A stretch of 15,263 nt of DNA, from positions 1 through 15,263 of IMG/VR virus record IMGVR_UViG_2529292726_000023. One strand, 5' to 3'. The DNA comes from a virus (lineage: Duplodnaviria > Heunggongvirae > Uroviricota > Caudoviricetes). A model generated the notes under the pieces. That model searched no databases. It worked only from the letters and a program-made list of their open reading frames with translations, and was not told where the DNA came from. The translations under genes were made by a program, and so were the position numbers. Shown one piece after another: positions 1 to 8,003 of the stretch (position 1 is the first letter of the stretch; the number at the start of each line of letters is the position of its first letter).

Positions 1-403
<403 letters not shown>

Positions 404-469
404 TAATAAGTCCTCACTATATAAAGATATTCAGTGATGAGATAAATAATCAGTTAATTAAGAACGATA

Positions 470-832
470 TTAATGACCTGCTGCGCGGAGTTTTCCGTCA
501 GGTTCACCGGCAAGAGTCAGTAATTGTCCCTGGTCTTCCTGCAGAATAGTCAGGCGACCACCGCGATTGACATACATCGGCGTTTCGGTGGTGTCTTCTT
601 CGGAAATTTTCCCGCGGTTAGTCGGGCGGACATATGAGAGTTTATGTTTGATTTTCACACGGCTCTCATCAAACGGTTCGATTTCCAGGTTGAGTGAGAC
701 CTTACCTTTGGTTTTCGTGTTCATCACACCGGAAGCGACTTCACTGAGAACTGCGCCGATTTTGGTTTCAAATACGCCGCCGTCCAGCTCCCCGATAAAT
801 GCCTGTACATCAGTACTGCGTTCGCTAGCCAT
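470..832 (-). CDS. Hypothetical phage protein, 120 aa, first gene of the leftward early operon; function unknown
   Basis: ORF track 470..1018 trimmed to the ATG at 832, which has a GAGGAG RBS 7 nt upstream (MASERSTDVQAFIGELDGG...). No family confidently recognised; not Arg-rich like an N antiterminator. Confidence 0.6.
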   Translation of the reverse strand: MASERSTDVQAFIGELDGGVFETKIGAVLSEVASGVMNTKTKGKVSLNLEIEPFDESRVKIKHKLSYVRPTNRGKISEEDTTETPMYVNRGGRLTILQEDQGQLLTLAGEPDGKLRAAGH

Positions 833-880
833 TTTGCTGCTCCTCATCATATCGACCCTGCAAGGTCGGTTGGTTTCTCC

Positions 881-969
881 ACAAAACAGAGAAGAACACC
901 TGCGGTGGCAGCCGCCCGGATGGATTGGGTTATGAGCCCGTCGTCCGGTGATGCTCTTCTCTGTTTTGT
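881..969. repeat. Perfect 15-bp inverted repeat (ACAAAACAGAGAAGA at 881-895, TCTTCTCTGTTTTGT at 955-969) with 59-nt spacer, upstream of the 470-832 gene
   Basis: Direct reading of the sequence; arms are exact reverse complements. Confidence 0.7.
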
Positions 970-1014
970 AAAAAGAGCGGTACCAGCCGGAAGCAAGTGT
1001 ACAAACTGGTACCG
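968..1014 (-). terminator. Candidate intrinsic terminator or antitermination-site hairpin on the leftward transcript
   Basis: 10-bp perfect stem GCGGTACCAG (977-986) / CTGGTACCGC (1005-1014) with 18-nt loop; on the minus strand it is followed by TCTTTTTAC, which also resembles a boxA-like CGCTCTTTTTA. Confidence 0.35.
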
Positions 1015-1460
1015 CCAAAGCAGTGGCTGTTGTGGTGACCGGTGCTGATCTCCGGCTTGCGGTTATTTCAGACTCTCACGGGCGTTTAATTGCCCCGCCG
1101 AACAGCTCTTTTCCGCAATAGCTGCAATGTCTTTCGCGCATCAGCCTGCGCATTCACCACAACGCTGAGAGCACTTAGCCAGTTACGGCACCACACTTTG
1201 TCGCGGTTCCATAAATGCCCTCATCGTTGCACCCTGGTCTCTTCCCAGGCGTCAAACCGAATCGCCACGCTGGTTAGGCGTCTTATCAGCATCATCATTG
1301 ACTTGCACATTCCGGCTACCTGGTTTGTTTGCTCGAGCAAGGAGTGGATTGTCCCCTTTAACGTCACCAGACCGCTAACGACGCATGTGCCATACGCCGT
1401 ATTACAACCAAATTTTGTTAGTACCTTGTTTGTTGGTCTGGAAAGAAAGATAAAATGAAG

Positions 1461-1498
1461 TTGCGCATTATGCAAGTGTTTTGTTGCGAGATGTGCAA
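1461..1498. promoter_or_regulatory. Putative left operator region: two operator-like 15-mers TTGCGCATTATGCAA (1461-1475) and TTGCGAGATGTGCAA (1484-1498)
   Basis: Same TTGCG-N-GCAA architecture as the 15-mer TTGCGCGTTAAGCAA at 2267-2281 in the repressor/cro intergenic region; sits immediately left of the repressor gene where OL/pL is expected in lambdoid phages. Confidence 0.4.
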
Positions 1499-1504
1499 TT
1501 TTAT

Positions 1505-1533
1505 GGGAAATGAAAAGCCACCTTTGGGTGGCT
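1505..1533 (-). terminator. Intrinsic terminator downstream of the repressor gene
   Basis: Stem AGCCACC (1516-1522) / GGTGGCT (1527-1533), loop TTTG; on the minus strand followed by TTTCATTT; lies 21 nt past the repressor stop codon. Confidence 0.55.
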
Positions 1534-1553
1534 AATTGATGAGGAGGTAAGGG

Positions 1554-2246
1554 TTAATTGTGTCGCTTAAGGGTTTGTGACTGGCTGATTAAGACCTTTC
1601 CAAAGACCATAAACCGGTGTTCATTTTCGCTGGTAATTCCCCATTCACGGTAAATCTGGTTATCAGAAATCACCAGTAGTTTGTCAGGTATCATTTGCAG
1701 TCGTTTGACATAAATTTTATCATCAAAACCAAATACATAGATACCATCTCCATCAAACTGATTGATACTGACATCAACGAAGATGAGATCTCCTGGCTCA
1801 ATGGTTGGACACATACTGTCCCCACGAACGTTGATAACTTTAATGTGATTGGCTGGTCGTCCGCCAAACATCGATACAGCATTATCAGTTCTGTATTCAA
1901 TGGCATGAATCACATCAATGACATCACCGCCCTGGATAAGGCCATTTCCCGCACTGGCACTGACATCCAGCATTTCAATACGGAATACATCCTTCACCTG
2001 CGCAACATCCTCACTAATACTGTTTTTACATACAGTATTACTTTTGAAGTCTGAGGTAAAGAGATCAGCAATATCAACACCTAAGCTCCTGGCAATATTA
2101 CTCAGGGCTTGTTCAGTGAATTGTTTCTGCTTACCTGTTTCCAGGCGCGAGATATTCGCCGCATCCACTCCTATTGCTTCAGCGAGATCGGCGATTTTCA
2201 TGTTCTTCGCCTGGCGAAGTTGTCTGACTCGATTTCCTATGTTCAT
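1554..2246 (-). CDS. CI-like prophage repressor, 230 aa: N-terminal XRE-type HTH plus C-terminal S24 (LexA-like) self-cleaving peptidase domain
   Basis: MNIGNRVRQLRQAKNMKIADLAEAIGVDAANISRLETGK HTH; C-terminal GDSMCPTIEPGDLIFVD with downstream KRLQ consistent with the Ser/Lys dyad; divergent from a Cro-like gene. Confidence 0.9.
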   Translation of the reverse strand: MNIGNRVRQLRQAKNMKIADLAEAIGVDAANISRLETGKQKQFTEQALSNIARSLGVDIADLFTSDFKSNTVCKNSISEDVAQVKDVFRIEMLDVSASAGNGLIQGGDVIDVIHAIEYRTDNAVSMFGGRPANHIKVINVRGDSMCPTIEPGDLIFVDVSINQFDGDGIYVFGFDDKIYVKRLQMIPDKLLVISDNQIYREWGITSENEHRFMVFGKVLISQSQTLKRHN

Positions 2247-2343
2247 GCGTTTATTACATTTCTTTATTGCGCGTTAAGCAAATCAACTTGCGCAAAATAT
2301 TTGCGTGAAATAACATGCTCATCACGCAATATGTGGAGGTTAT
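2247..2343. promoter_or_regulatory. Immunity switch intergenic region (OR-like operators, divergent promoters for repressor and cro)
   Basis: 97-bp gap between divergent repressor and cro genes containing TTGCGCGTTAAGCAA (2267-2281), near-palindromic CGCAAAATATTTGCG (2291-2305) and CACGCAATAT (2322-2331); GGAGG RBS before cro ATG. Confidence 0.5.
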
Positions 2344-2604
2344 ATGCAATCACCATTACGAAATGTGCGTAAGGCGCACGGGCTTACTTTGCAGCATGTT
2401 GCTGCGGGCGTTCAGGTTAATCCAGCAACGCTGAGTCGTATTGAGAGACTGGAACAAATTCCATCTATCGATCTTGCAGAGCGTCTGGCCAATTTTTTTA
2501 AGGGAGAAATCAGCGAAATGCAGATTCTCTATCCTGCACGCTTTCAATCTAGTCAAAACCGGAATGAGTTAAAACCACAGGAACAGGAGGTAAGCCGTGG
2601 GTAA
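2344..2604 (+). CDS. Cro-like HTH transcriptional regulator, 86 aa
   Basis: MQSPLRNVRKAHGLTLQHVAAGVQVNPATLSRIERLEQIPSIDLAERLANFF is a helix-turn-helix fold; position divergent from the repressor; GGAGG RBS. Confidence 0.8.
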   Translation: MQSPLRNVRKAHGLTLQHVAAGVQVNPATLSRIERLEQIPSIDLAERLANFFKGEISEMQILYPARFQSSQNRNELKPQEQEVSRG

Positions 2605-3148
2605 GCATCACTGGAAAGTGGAAAAACAACCTGAGTGGTACGTGAAAGCTATCAGAAAAACTATCGCGGCATTGCCAGGTGGTTACGCTGAAGCTGCTGA
2701 CTGGCTGGATGTAACAGAGAACGCATTATTTAACCGCCTTCGTGCCGATGGCGATCAGTTTTTTCCGTTGGGATGGGCAATGGTTTTACAGCGTGCGGCT
2801 GGTACTCACCACATTGCGGATGCTGTCGCACAGTCTGCTGGTGGGGTGTTTGTATCACTTCCTGAAATTGAGGAAGTAGAGAACGCCGATATAAACCAGC
2901 GCCTGCTGGAAGTCATCGAACAGATCGGGAGTTACTCAAAGCAGATTCGTTCGGCAATCGAAGACGGGGTAGTGGAGCCACATGAGCAGACAGCAATTAA
3001 TGATGAGTTGTATCTGTCGATTTCGAAGCTCCAGGAACATGCGGCACTGGTCTACAAAATTTTCTGCGTTCCAGAAAAGAGTGACGCCCGCGAGTGTGCA
3101 GCTCCGGGCGTCGTGGCGTTTTGTGTCTGTGGAGAAACTAACGCATGA
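2597..3148 (+). CDS. Hypothetical early regulatory protein in the CII position, 183 aa; family uncertain (possibly CII/CP76-like)
   Basis: GTG start with AGGAGG RBS 6 nt upstream, overlapping the cro stop; stop overlaps the next start (ATGA). Family assignment is from position and memory only. Confidence 0.5.
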   Translation: MGKHHWKVEKQPEWYVKAIRKTIAALPGGYAEAADWLDVTENALFNRLRADGDQFFPLGWAMVLQRAAGTHHIADAVAQSAGGVFVSLPEIEEVENADINQRLLEVIEQIGSYSKQIRSAIEDGVVEPHEQTAINDELYLSISKLQEHAALVYKIFCVPEKSDARECAAPGVVAFCVCGETNA

Positions 3149-3750
3149 ACAGTTTAACGGCAAATAACCGTTGGTCGCAACAGCTGGTGGTCCGCGTGGC
3201 TGAACACCTGTTGTTACGGCATGAATGCAGATTACCAAATCACCTGGCTGTAAGTAACCACAGAGAACTTTACCTGACTGTGGGGGGCGAGTTGTGCAGG
3301 AACTTAACCGCTGGTTTCGTGACGGAAGAGGACTTTATGTTCATGTTATTCGTTGGGAGCCAGAAACACAGCGCGTTATCTATCTTCGCAAAGACTACCC
3401 GCATGAGTGCTTTAGTCCTTTGTGGAAATTCAGGCGTGATTTTGTTGAGTGTGAAGGACCACCAGCACATTGATTCTGCCATTCCGGGACGTTACACTGT
3501 TCAGGCACCTTATAAAGCGGGTGCCGGGCGTGGAAACCCGGAATTCACCAAAGCGCACAACCGCGCTCTTGCGGTTTTTTTGTGTCATGAGCAGCATTAC
3601 GCCCAAATTATGGTGGGGCGTGCAGGGCCAACTTCGGTTGGGCCGGGTTCTTTGGTGACCGGTATTTCCACCCCTGTACGTCTCACCACCAATAAGGTCG
3701 TGGAAAGCCTTGGTGGTGAGTTATTTAAAATCACCAAAGAGGCTGCCATC
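3145..3750 (+). other. Ambiguous coding region upstream of rha, in frame with it (no stop between 3145 and 4296); possible N-terminal extension, fusion or decayed gene
   Basis: ATG at 3145 is translationally coupled (ATGA) to the upstream gene, but the Rha domain has its own RBS and start at 3751. An alternative-frame ORF at 3294-3473 has a GGGGGG RBS 6 nt before its GTG. Confidence 0.35.
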
Positions 3751-4296
3751 ATGGCTACGATCCCAACCCTCACTCAACCTGAAATTGCCATCGTTGATGG
3801 TCAGGCTGTTACTTCATCCCTGGCTGTTGCCAACTTCTTCTCCAAACGTCATGACGATGTACTGAAAAAGATCCGCACGCTTGAATGCTCCGCATCATTC
3901 ACTGCCCGCAATTTTTCGGTGAGTGATTACACCGATTGCACAGGCCGCAAACTACCTTGCTATCAAATAACCCGCGACGGCTTTGCGTTTCTTGCTATGG
4001 GTTTCACGGGTAAACGTGCTGCCCAGTTCAAAGAGGCATACATCAATGCCTTTAACCAGATGGAGAAACAGCTTTCAAGGCCCGCTGTACCGAGCGACGT
4101 TGCACATAACGCCAGCGTTCTCTGTTCCTACATTTCATCAATTCATCAGGTCTGGCTGCAGCAGCTTTATCCTATGTTGGCAAAAGCCGAATCTCCGCTG
4201 GCTGTTAGCTTATATGACTATATTAATGATGCTTCGGCGCTGGCCTGCCTCATAAATTTGTCGCTGAACCCTTCAGAGGTAAGGGGGCGCAAATGA
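3751..4296 (+). CDS. Rha family phage regulatory protein, 181 aa
   Basis: MATIPTLTQPEIAIVDGQAVTSSLAVANFFSKRHDDVLKKIRTL matches the Rha domain N-terminal signature; AAAGAGG RBS 8 nt upstream of ATG 3751. May instead be the C-terminal part of a 383-aa ORF starting at 3145. Confidence 0.8.
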   Translation: MATIPTLTQPEIAIVDGQAVTSSLAVANFFSKRHDDVLKKIRTLECSASFTARNFSVSDYTDCTGRKLPCYQITRDGFAFLAMGFTGKRAAQFKEAYINAFNQMEKQLSRPAVPSDVAHNASVLCSYISSIHQVWLQQLYPMLAKAESPLAVSLYDYINDASALACLINLSLNPSEVRGRK

Positions 4297-4517
4297 TCCG
4301 GAATATTTTCAAACGTTTTACCAATCAGACTTTCCGTTGTCCTCGTCCGGGTCAGTGGTACACCACGCCTGCAGGGCATGTTCTACGTGTTAGCCTGGTT
4401 GACCGTGAATGTCAGAAGGTGGTTTGTGAACCGCTGGGCCGTAATTACCGCGTCAGTATGCCGCTTATAGCCTTTCGCTCCAGAAAAAACATGAAGCATC
4501 TCGGAGGTGCAGCATGA
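4293..4517 (+). CDS. Hypothetical small protein, 74 aa
   Basis: ATGA overlap with the upstream stop and with the downstream start (translational coupling on both sides); GGTAAGGGGG RBS. No family recognised. Confidence 0.5.
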   Translation: MIRNIFKRFTNQTFRCPRPGQWYTTPAGHVLRVSLVDRECQKVVCEPLGRNYRVSMPLIAFRSRKNMKHLGGAA

Positions 4518-5332
4518 GTATGGAGCTGATGGTTAAAGCGATGAAAATTCGAGTGGGTAATCCATTGCGAAAACTGGTTCTGATCAAGCTGGCTGATAAT
4601 GCCAGCGATCAGGGTGAGTGCTGGCCCAGCTACCAGCATATTGCTGACCAGTGCGAGATTAGCAAACGTTCTGTGATGAATCATATTGCGGCCCTTTGTG
4701 AGTCCGGGCTGGTAAAAAAAGTCACCCGGAAAGGTGAAAAAGGTAACTCAAGTAATATCTATCTCCTTCATCTGGATGGTGCAGGAGATTCACTAGGGGG
4801 TAGTGCAAATAATTCACTATCTGGTGCAGCAAATTCACCAGGTAGTGCAGGAGTTGCACCAGGGGGTAGTGCAGGAGATTCACCCAGAACCAGTCACTCT
4901 TTTGAACCAGTCAAAGAACCAGTCAATGAACCAATAGCTGTTGGTGCATCAGTTGATGAGTCCGTGCGAGTTCGTTCAAACCGACCGGAATATTCTCCGG
5001 AGTTTGAGCAGGCATGGCTGGCATATCCCAAACGTGCTGGTGGCAATTCAAAATCTGCAGCCTTCAAAGCCTGGAAAGCCCGTTTGAATGAGGGGGTAAA
5101 CCCCGAAACCATGCTGGAAGGTGTGAAACGCTATGCGGGCTGGGTATCTGCAATGGGTAACAGCGGCACACAATTTGTGAAACAGGCTGTCACGTTCTTT
5201 GGTCCGGATCGTCATTTCGAAGAATCCTGGGAAGTTCCTGCGGTATCTGCAGCCAGACGTGAGGACCCGTACTTCAAATCCAGTTACGACAACGTGGACT
5301 ACAGCCAGATCCCGGCAGGATTCAGGGGGTGA
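4514..5332 (+). CDS. O-like replication initiator candidate, 272 aa: N-terminal winged-HTH DNA-binding domain, Gly/Ser/Ala-rich linker, conserved C-terminal domain
   Basis: N-terminus LRKLVLIKLADNASDQGECWPSYQHIADQCEISKRSVMNHIAALCESGLVKK resembles phage replication-protein HTH domains; the linker coincides with iteron-like DNA repeats, as in lambda O/ori. Confidence 0.6.
   Translation: MSMELMVKAMKIRVGNPLRKLVLIKLADNASDQGECWPSYQHIADQCEISKRSVMNHIAALCESGLVKKVTRKGEKGNSSNIYLLHLDGAGDSLGGSANNSLSGAANSPGSAGVAPGGSAGDSPRTSHSFEPVKEPVNEPIAVGASVDESVRVRSNRPEYSPEFEQAWLAYPKRAGGNSKSAAFKAWKARLNEGVNPETMLEGVKRYAGWVSAMGNSGTQFVKQAVTFFGPDRHFEESWEVPAVSAARREDPYFKSSYDNVDYSQIPAGFRG
4778..4935. repeat. Iteron-like direct repeats inside the replication gene (candidate origin of replication)
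   Basis: Repeated units GGTAGTGCA (x3), GTGCAGGAGATTCAC (x2), ATTCAC (x4), then AACCAGTCA (x3) within about 160 bp. Confidence 0.5.
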
Positions 5333-5334
5333 TC

Positions 5335-5823
5335 ATGAGTCTTTTGAATGACGTTCAGAAATTCATTGAAGCCCATCCGGGGTGTACTTCCGGAGACATT
5401 GCGGATGCTTTTGCAGGTTACTCACGGCAGCGCGTACTGCAGTCAGCAAGCAAGTTACGTCAGAGTGGGCGTGTGGCTCACCGTTGTGAAGGGGATACAC
5501 GCAGACATTTCCCGCGCCTGACTGAGAGAGCGCAGGAGCCGGAACCACAACCAGTTCGTGAAACCAGACCTGTGCGCAATTTCTATGTCGGCACTAACGA
5601 TCCCCGGGGGATTTTGTGCCTGACCCGCCAGGCTGAAGAACTGGAGTCAAGAGGCTTATACCGTCGTGCTGCAACCGTGTGGATGGCGGCATTCCGTGAA
5701 AGCCACTCCCAGCCAGAACGAAACAATTTTCTGGCGCGTCGTGAGCGGTGCTTACGGAAAAGCAGCAAGCGCGCTGCATCGGGTGAAGAGTGGTATCTGT
5801 CAGGGAATTACGTGGGGGCTTAA
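5335..5823 (+). CDS. PerC-like transcriptional regulator domain protein, about 162 aa
   Basis: C-terminal QAEELESRGLYRRAATVWMAAF...LARRERCL resembles the PerC/Pch motif; ATG 5335 has an AGGGGG RBS. The GTG at 5329 in the ORF track is less likely. Confidence 0.5.
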   Translation: MSLLNDVQKFIEAHPGCTSGDIADAFAGYSRQRVLQSASKLRQSGRVAHRCEGDTRRHFPRLTERAQEPEPQPVRETRPVRNFYVGTNDPRGILCLTRQAEELESRGLYRRAATVWMAAFRESHSQPERNNFLARRERCLRKSSKRAASGEEWYLSGNYVGA

Positions 5824-6476
5824 TGAGTAATAAATATTGCCAGGCGCTGGTGGAACTGCGGAACAAACCAGCCCATGAACTGAAGGACGTGGGCGATCAG
5901 TGGCGCACGCCGGACAACATTTTCTGGGGAATTAACACCCTGTTTGGCCCGTTTGTTCTGGATCTGTTCACTGACGGTGATAACGCCAAATGTGCTGCGT
6001 ATTACACGGCGGAAGACAACGCGCTGGCGCATGACTGGTCAGAACGTCTTGCGGAGCTTAAAGGTGCTGCCTTTGGTAATCCCCCATACAGCCGCGCCAG
6101 TCAGCATGAGGGGCAATACATCACCGGCATGCGTTACATCATGAAGCATGCCAGTGCCATGCGTGATAAGGGCGGGCGCTATGTTTTCCTGATCAAAGCT
6201 GCCACCAGCGAAGTTTGGTGGCCGGAAGATGCAGACCATATTGCTTTTATTCGCGGGCGTATTGGTTTTGAACTGCCTGCCTGGTTTATCCCGAAGGATG
6301 AGAAGCAGGTGCCGACAGGAGCGTTCTTCGCTGGTGCTATTGCTGTTTTCGACAAGACCTGGAAGGGACCGGCAATCAGCTACATCGGGCGCGATGAACT
6401 TGAGGCATGTGGTGAGGCCTTTCTGGCGCAGGTTCGCCAGCAGGCGGAAAAACTGGTCAGGGAGATGGCGGCATGA
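5823..6476 (+). CDS. Phage-type DNA N6-adenine methyltransferase, 217 aa
   Basis: MSNKYCQALVELRNKPAHELKDVGDQWRTPDNIFWGI... with WRTP and NPPY (FGNPPYSRA) motifs typical of the phage Dam family; start overlaps the upstream stop (TAATG). Confidence 0.85.
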   Translation: MSNKYCQALVELRNKPAHELKDVGDQWRTPDNIFWGINTLFGPFVLDLFTDGDNAKCAAYYTAEDNALAHDWSERLAELKGAAFGNPPYSRASQHEGQYITGMRYIMKHASAMRDKGGRYVFLIKAATSEVWWPEDADHIAFIRGRIGFELPAWFIPKDEKQVPTGAFFAGAIAVFDKTWKGPAISYIGRDELEACGEAFLAQVRQQAEKLVREMAA

Positions 6477-6799
6477 CGACGTTAACTCAATGCCAGCAGC
6501 AGGGGCTGGATATGCTGATTTCTTACCAGAAAGAACGTGGCTTCCCGCCAACCAATCAGGAGGTGGCAACCATGCTGGGATACCGTTCAGTGAATGCAGC
6601 GGTGGAGCATCTTCGCGCACTGGAGAAAAAAGGCGTCATCACGATAAAGCGTGGCGTGGCCCGGGGGATCACGCTTCATACCGCAGTGAAGGACGACGAC
6701 AGCGAAGCGGTCGGGATTATCCGCTCACTGCTTGCCGGTGAGGAAAACGCAAGGCTGCGTGCAACCCACTGGTTACATGAGAGGGGCCTGAAAGCATGA
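6473..6799 (+). CDS. LexA N-terminal DNA-binding-domain-like protein, 108 aa, with no peptidase domain
   Basis: LTQCQQQGLDMLISYQKERGFPPTNQEVATMLGYRSVNAAVEHLRALEKKGVITIKRGVARGITL parallels the LexA winged-helix domain; protein ends about 40 aa later without an S24 domain. Confidence 0.75.
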   Translation: MTTLTQCQQQGLDMLISYQKERGFPPTNQEVATMLGYRSVNAAVEHLRALEKKGVITIKRGVARGITLHTAVKDDDSEAVGIIRSLLAGEENARLRATHWLHERGLKA

Positions 6800-7185
6800 A
6801 GCTGATCCTGCCTTTTCCGCCCAGCGTGAACACGTACTGGCGACACCCCAACAAAGGGGCGTTTGCAGGTAAGAGCCTGATAAGCGCGGCGGGGCGCAAA
6901 TTCCAGAGCGCGGCGTGCGCAGCAATAGTTGAGCAGTTACGTCGTCTACCAAAACCAACGTCGGCACCTGCTTCAGTGGAGATCGTGTTGTTTCCTCCGG
7001 ATAACCGGATCCGCGATCTGGACAACTATAACAAGGCGCTGTTTGACGCGTTGACCCACGCGGGTGTGTGGGAAGACGACAGACAGGTGAAAAGAATGCT
7101 GGTGGAGTGGGGACCGGTTATCCCGAAAGGGAAGGTCGAGATCACCATCAGTAAGTACGAGAAAACGGCGGGTGCAGCCGCCTGA
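6796..7185 (+). CDS. rusA: RusA Holliday-junction resolvase, 129 aa
   Basis: MKLILPFPPSVNTYWRH...RDLDNYNKALFDALTHAGVWEDDRQV matches RusA conserved motifs; typical nin-region position. Confidence 0.9.
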   Translation: MKLILPFPPSVNTYWRHPNKGAFAGKSLISAAGRKFQSAACAAIVEQLRRLPKPTSAPASVEIVLFPPDNRIRDLDNYNKALFDALTHAGVWEDDRQVKRMLVEWGPVIPKGKVEITISKYEKTAGAAA

Positions 7186-7204
7186 TCAAGAGGAGAAACG
7201 AAGT

Positions 7205-8002
7205 ATGAATAATCTGATGGTCATTGATGGTATTGAAGTTCGTCGTGATGCTTATGGTCGTTACAGCCTGAACGATCTGCACAGGGCTGCCGGTTCTCTG
7301 GATAAGCATAAGCCTGCATTCTGGCTCCGCAATGAGCAAACTGAACGTTTAATAAGCGAGTTGCAGATTTGCAACTCGGTCAATATAGAGCCAGTTAACG
7401 TTATTCGTGGCGGAAATAACCAGGGGACGTATGTCTGCAAAGAACTGGTGTATGCCTATGCAATGTGGATAAGCCCGTCATTCCATCTGAAGGTGATCCG
7501 TACTTTCGACATGGTAACCAGCGCACCGGAAAAATTATCCGGACAGGCTGCTGACAAGATGCAGGCTGGTGTGATTCTGCTGGACTTTATGCGCCGGGAA
7601 TTAAACCTGTCTAACTCTTCAGTGCTTGGGGCCTGTCAGAAACTCCAGGAGGCTGTTGGCTTACCGAATCTGGCACCGCGCTATGCCATTGATGCTCCTG
7701 CTGACGCGCCTGATGGCTCAAGCCGCCCCACGCTGTCACTGAGTGCACTGCTGAAGCAGTATGGTATCCGCCTGACAGCTAATCAGGCATATCACCAGAT
7801 GGCGAAGCTGGGGATCGTTGAACAACGTGAACGATACAGCCGCACTGCGATTAACAACATCAAAAAATTCTGGTCGCTGACGGCGAAAGGCTGCATGTTC
7901 GGCAAGAACATCACCAGTCCCGCAAATCCGCGCGAGACGCAGCCGCATTTCTTCGAATCCCGGTTCCCTGAGCTGTTAAAGCTGCTCGATACCGTTCATT
8001 GA
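7205..8002 (+). CDS. KilA-N domain protein, 265 aa
   Basis: N-terminus MNNLMVIDGIEVRRDAYGRYSLNDLHRAAG...KPAFWLRNEQTERLISEL...GGNNQGTYVCKELVYAYAMWISPSFHLKVIRTFD is a KilA-N fold; GAGGAGAAA RBS before ATG 7205. Confidence 0.8.
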   Translation: MNNLMVIDGIEVRRDAYGRYSLNDLHRAAGSLDKHKPAFWLRNEQTERLISELQICNSVNIEPVNVIRGGNNQGTYVCKELVYAYAMWISPSFHLKVIRTFDMVTSAPEKLSGQAADKMQAGVILLDFMRRELNLSNSSVLGACQKLQEAVGLPNLAPRYAIDAPADAPDGSSRPTLSLSALLKQYGIRLTANQAYHQMAKLGIVEQRERYSRTAINNIKKFWSLTAKGCMFGKNITSPANPRETQPHFFESRFPELLKLLDTVH

Positions 8003-8003
8003 G

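Noticed and set aside
1090-1475. ORFs 1090..1458 (+, 122 aa) and 1221..1475 (-, 84 aa) in the gap left of the repressor
   Set aside because: No RBS, odd composition, TTG start for the minus ORF, and they overlap the operator-like 15-mers and each other; more likely noncoding regulatory DNA.
1691-2277. ORFs 1691..1906 (-), 1695..2054 (+), 1918..2277 (+) and 2109..2372 (+)
   Set aside because: All lie inside or antisense to the well-supported repressor gene or span the operator region; treated as frame shadows.
2356-3238. ORFs 2356..2556 (-), 2936..3238 (-) and 2982..3167 (+)
   Set aside because: Antisense or alternative-frame shadows of the cro-like and following genes, with no independent start signals.
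3270-3658. ORFs 3270..3482 (-) and 3470..3658 (+, TTG start)
   Set aside because: Unconvincing composition and no RBS; the only alternative-frame ORF in this region with a start signal is 3294-3473, which is reported as a finding.
4445-6741. Antisense and alternative-frame ORFs inside the replication, PerC-like and Dam genes (for example 4445..4684 -, 4894..5112 -, 5594..5866 -, 6039..6620 -, 6229..6741 +)
   Set aside because: All are embedded in translationally coupled, family-supported plus-strand genes; 6039..6620 is long but is the antisense of a GC-biased methyltransferase gene.
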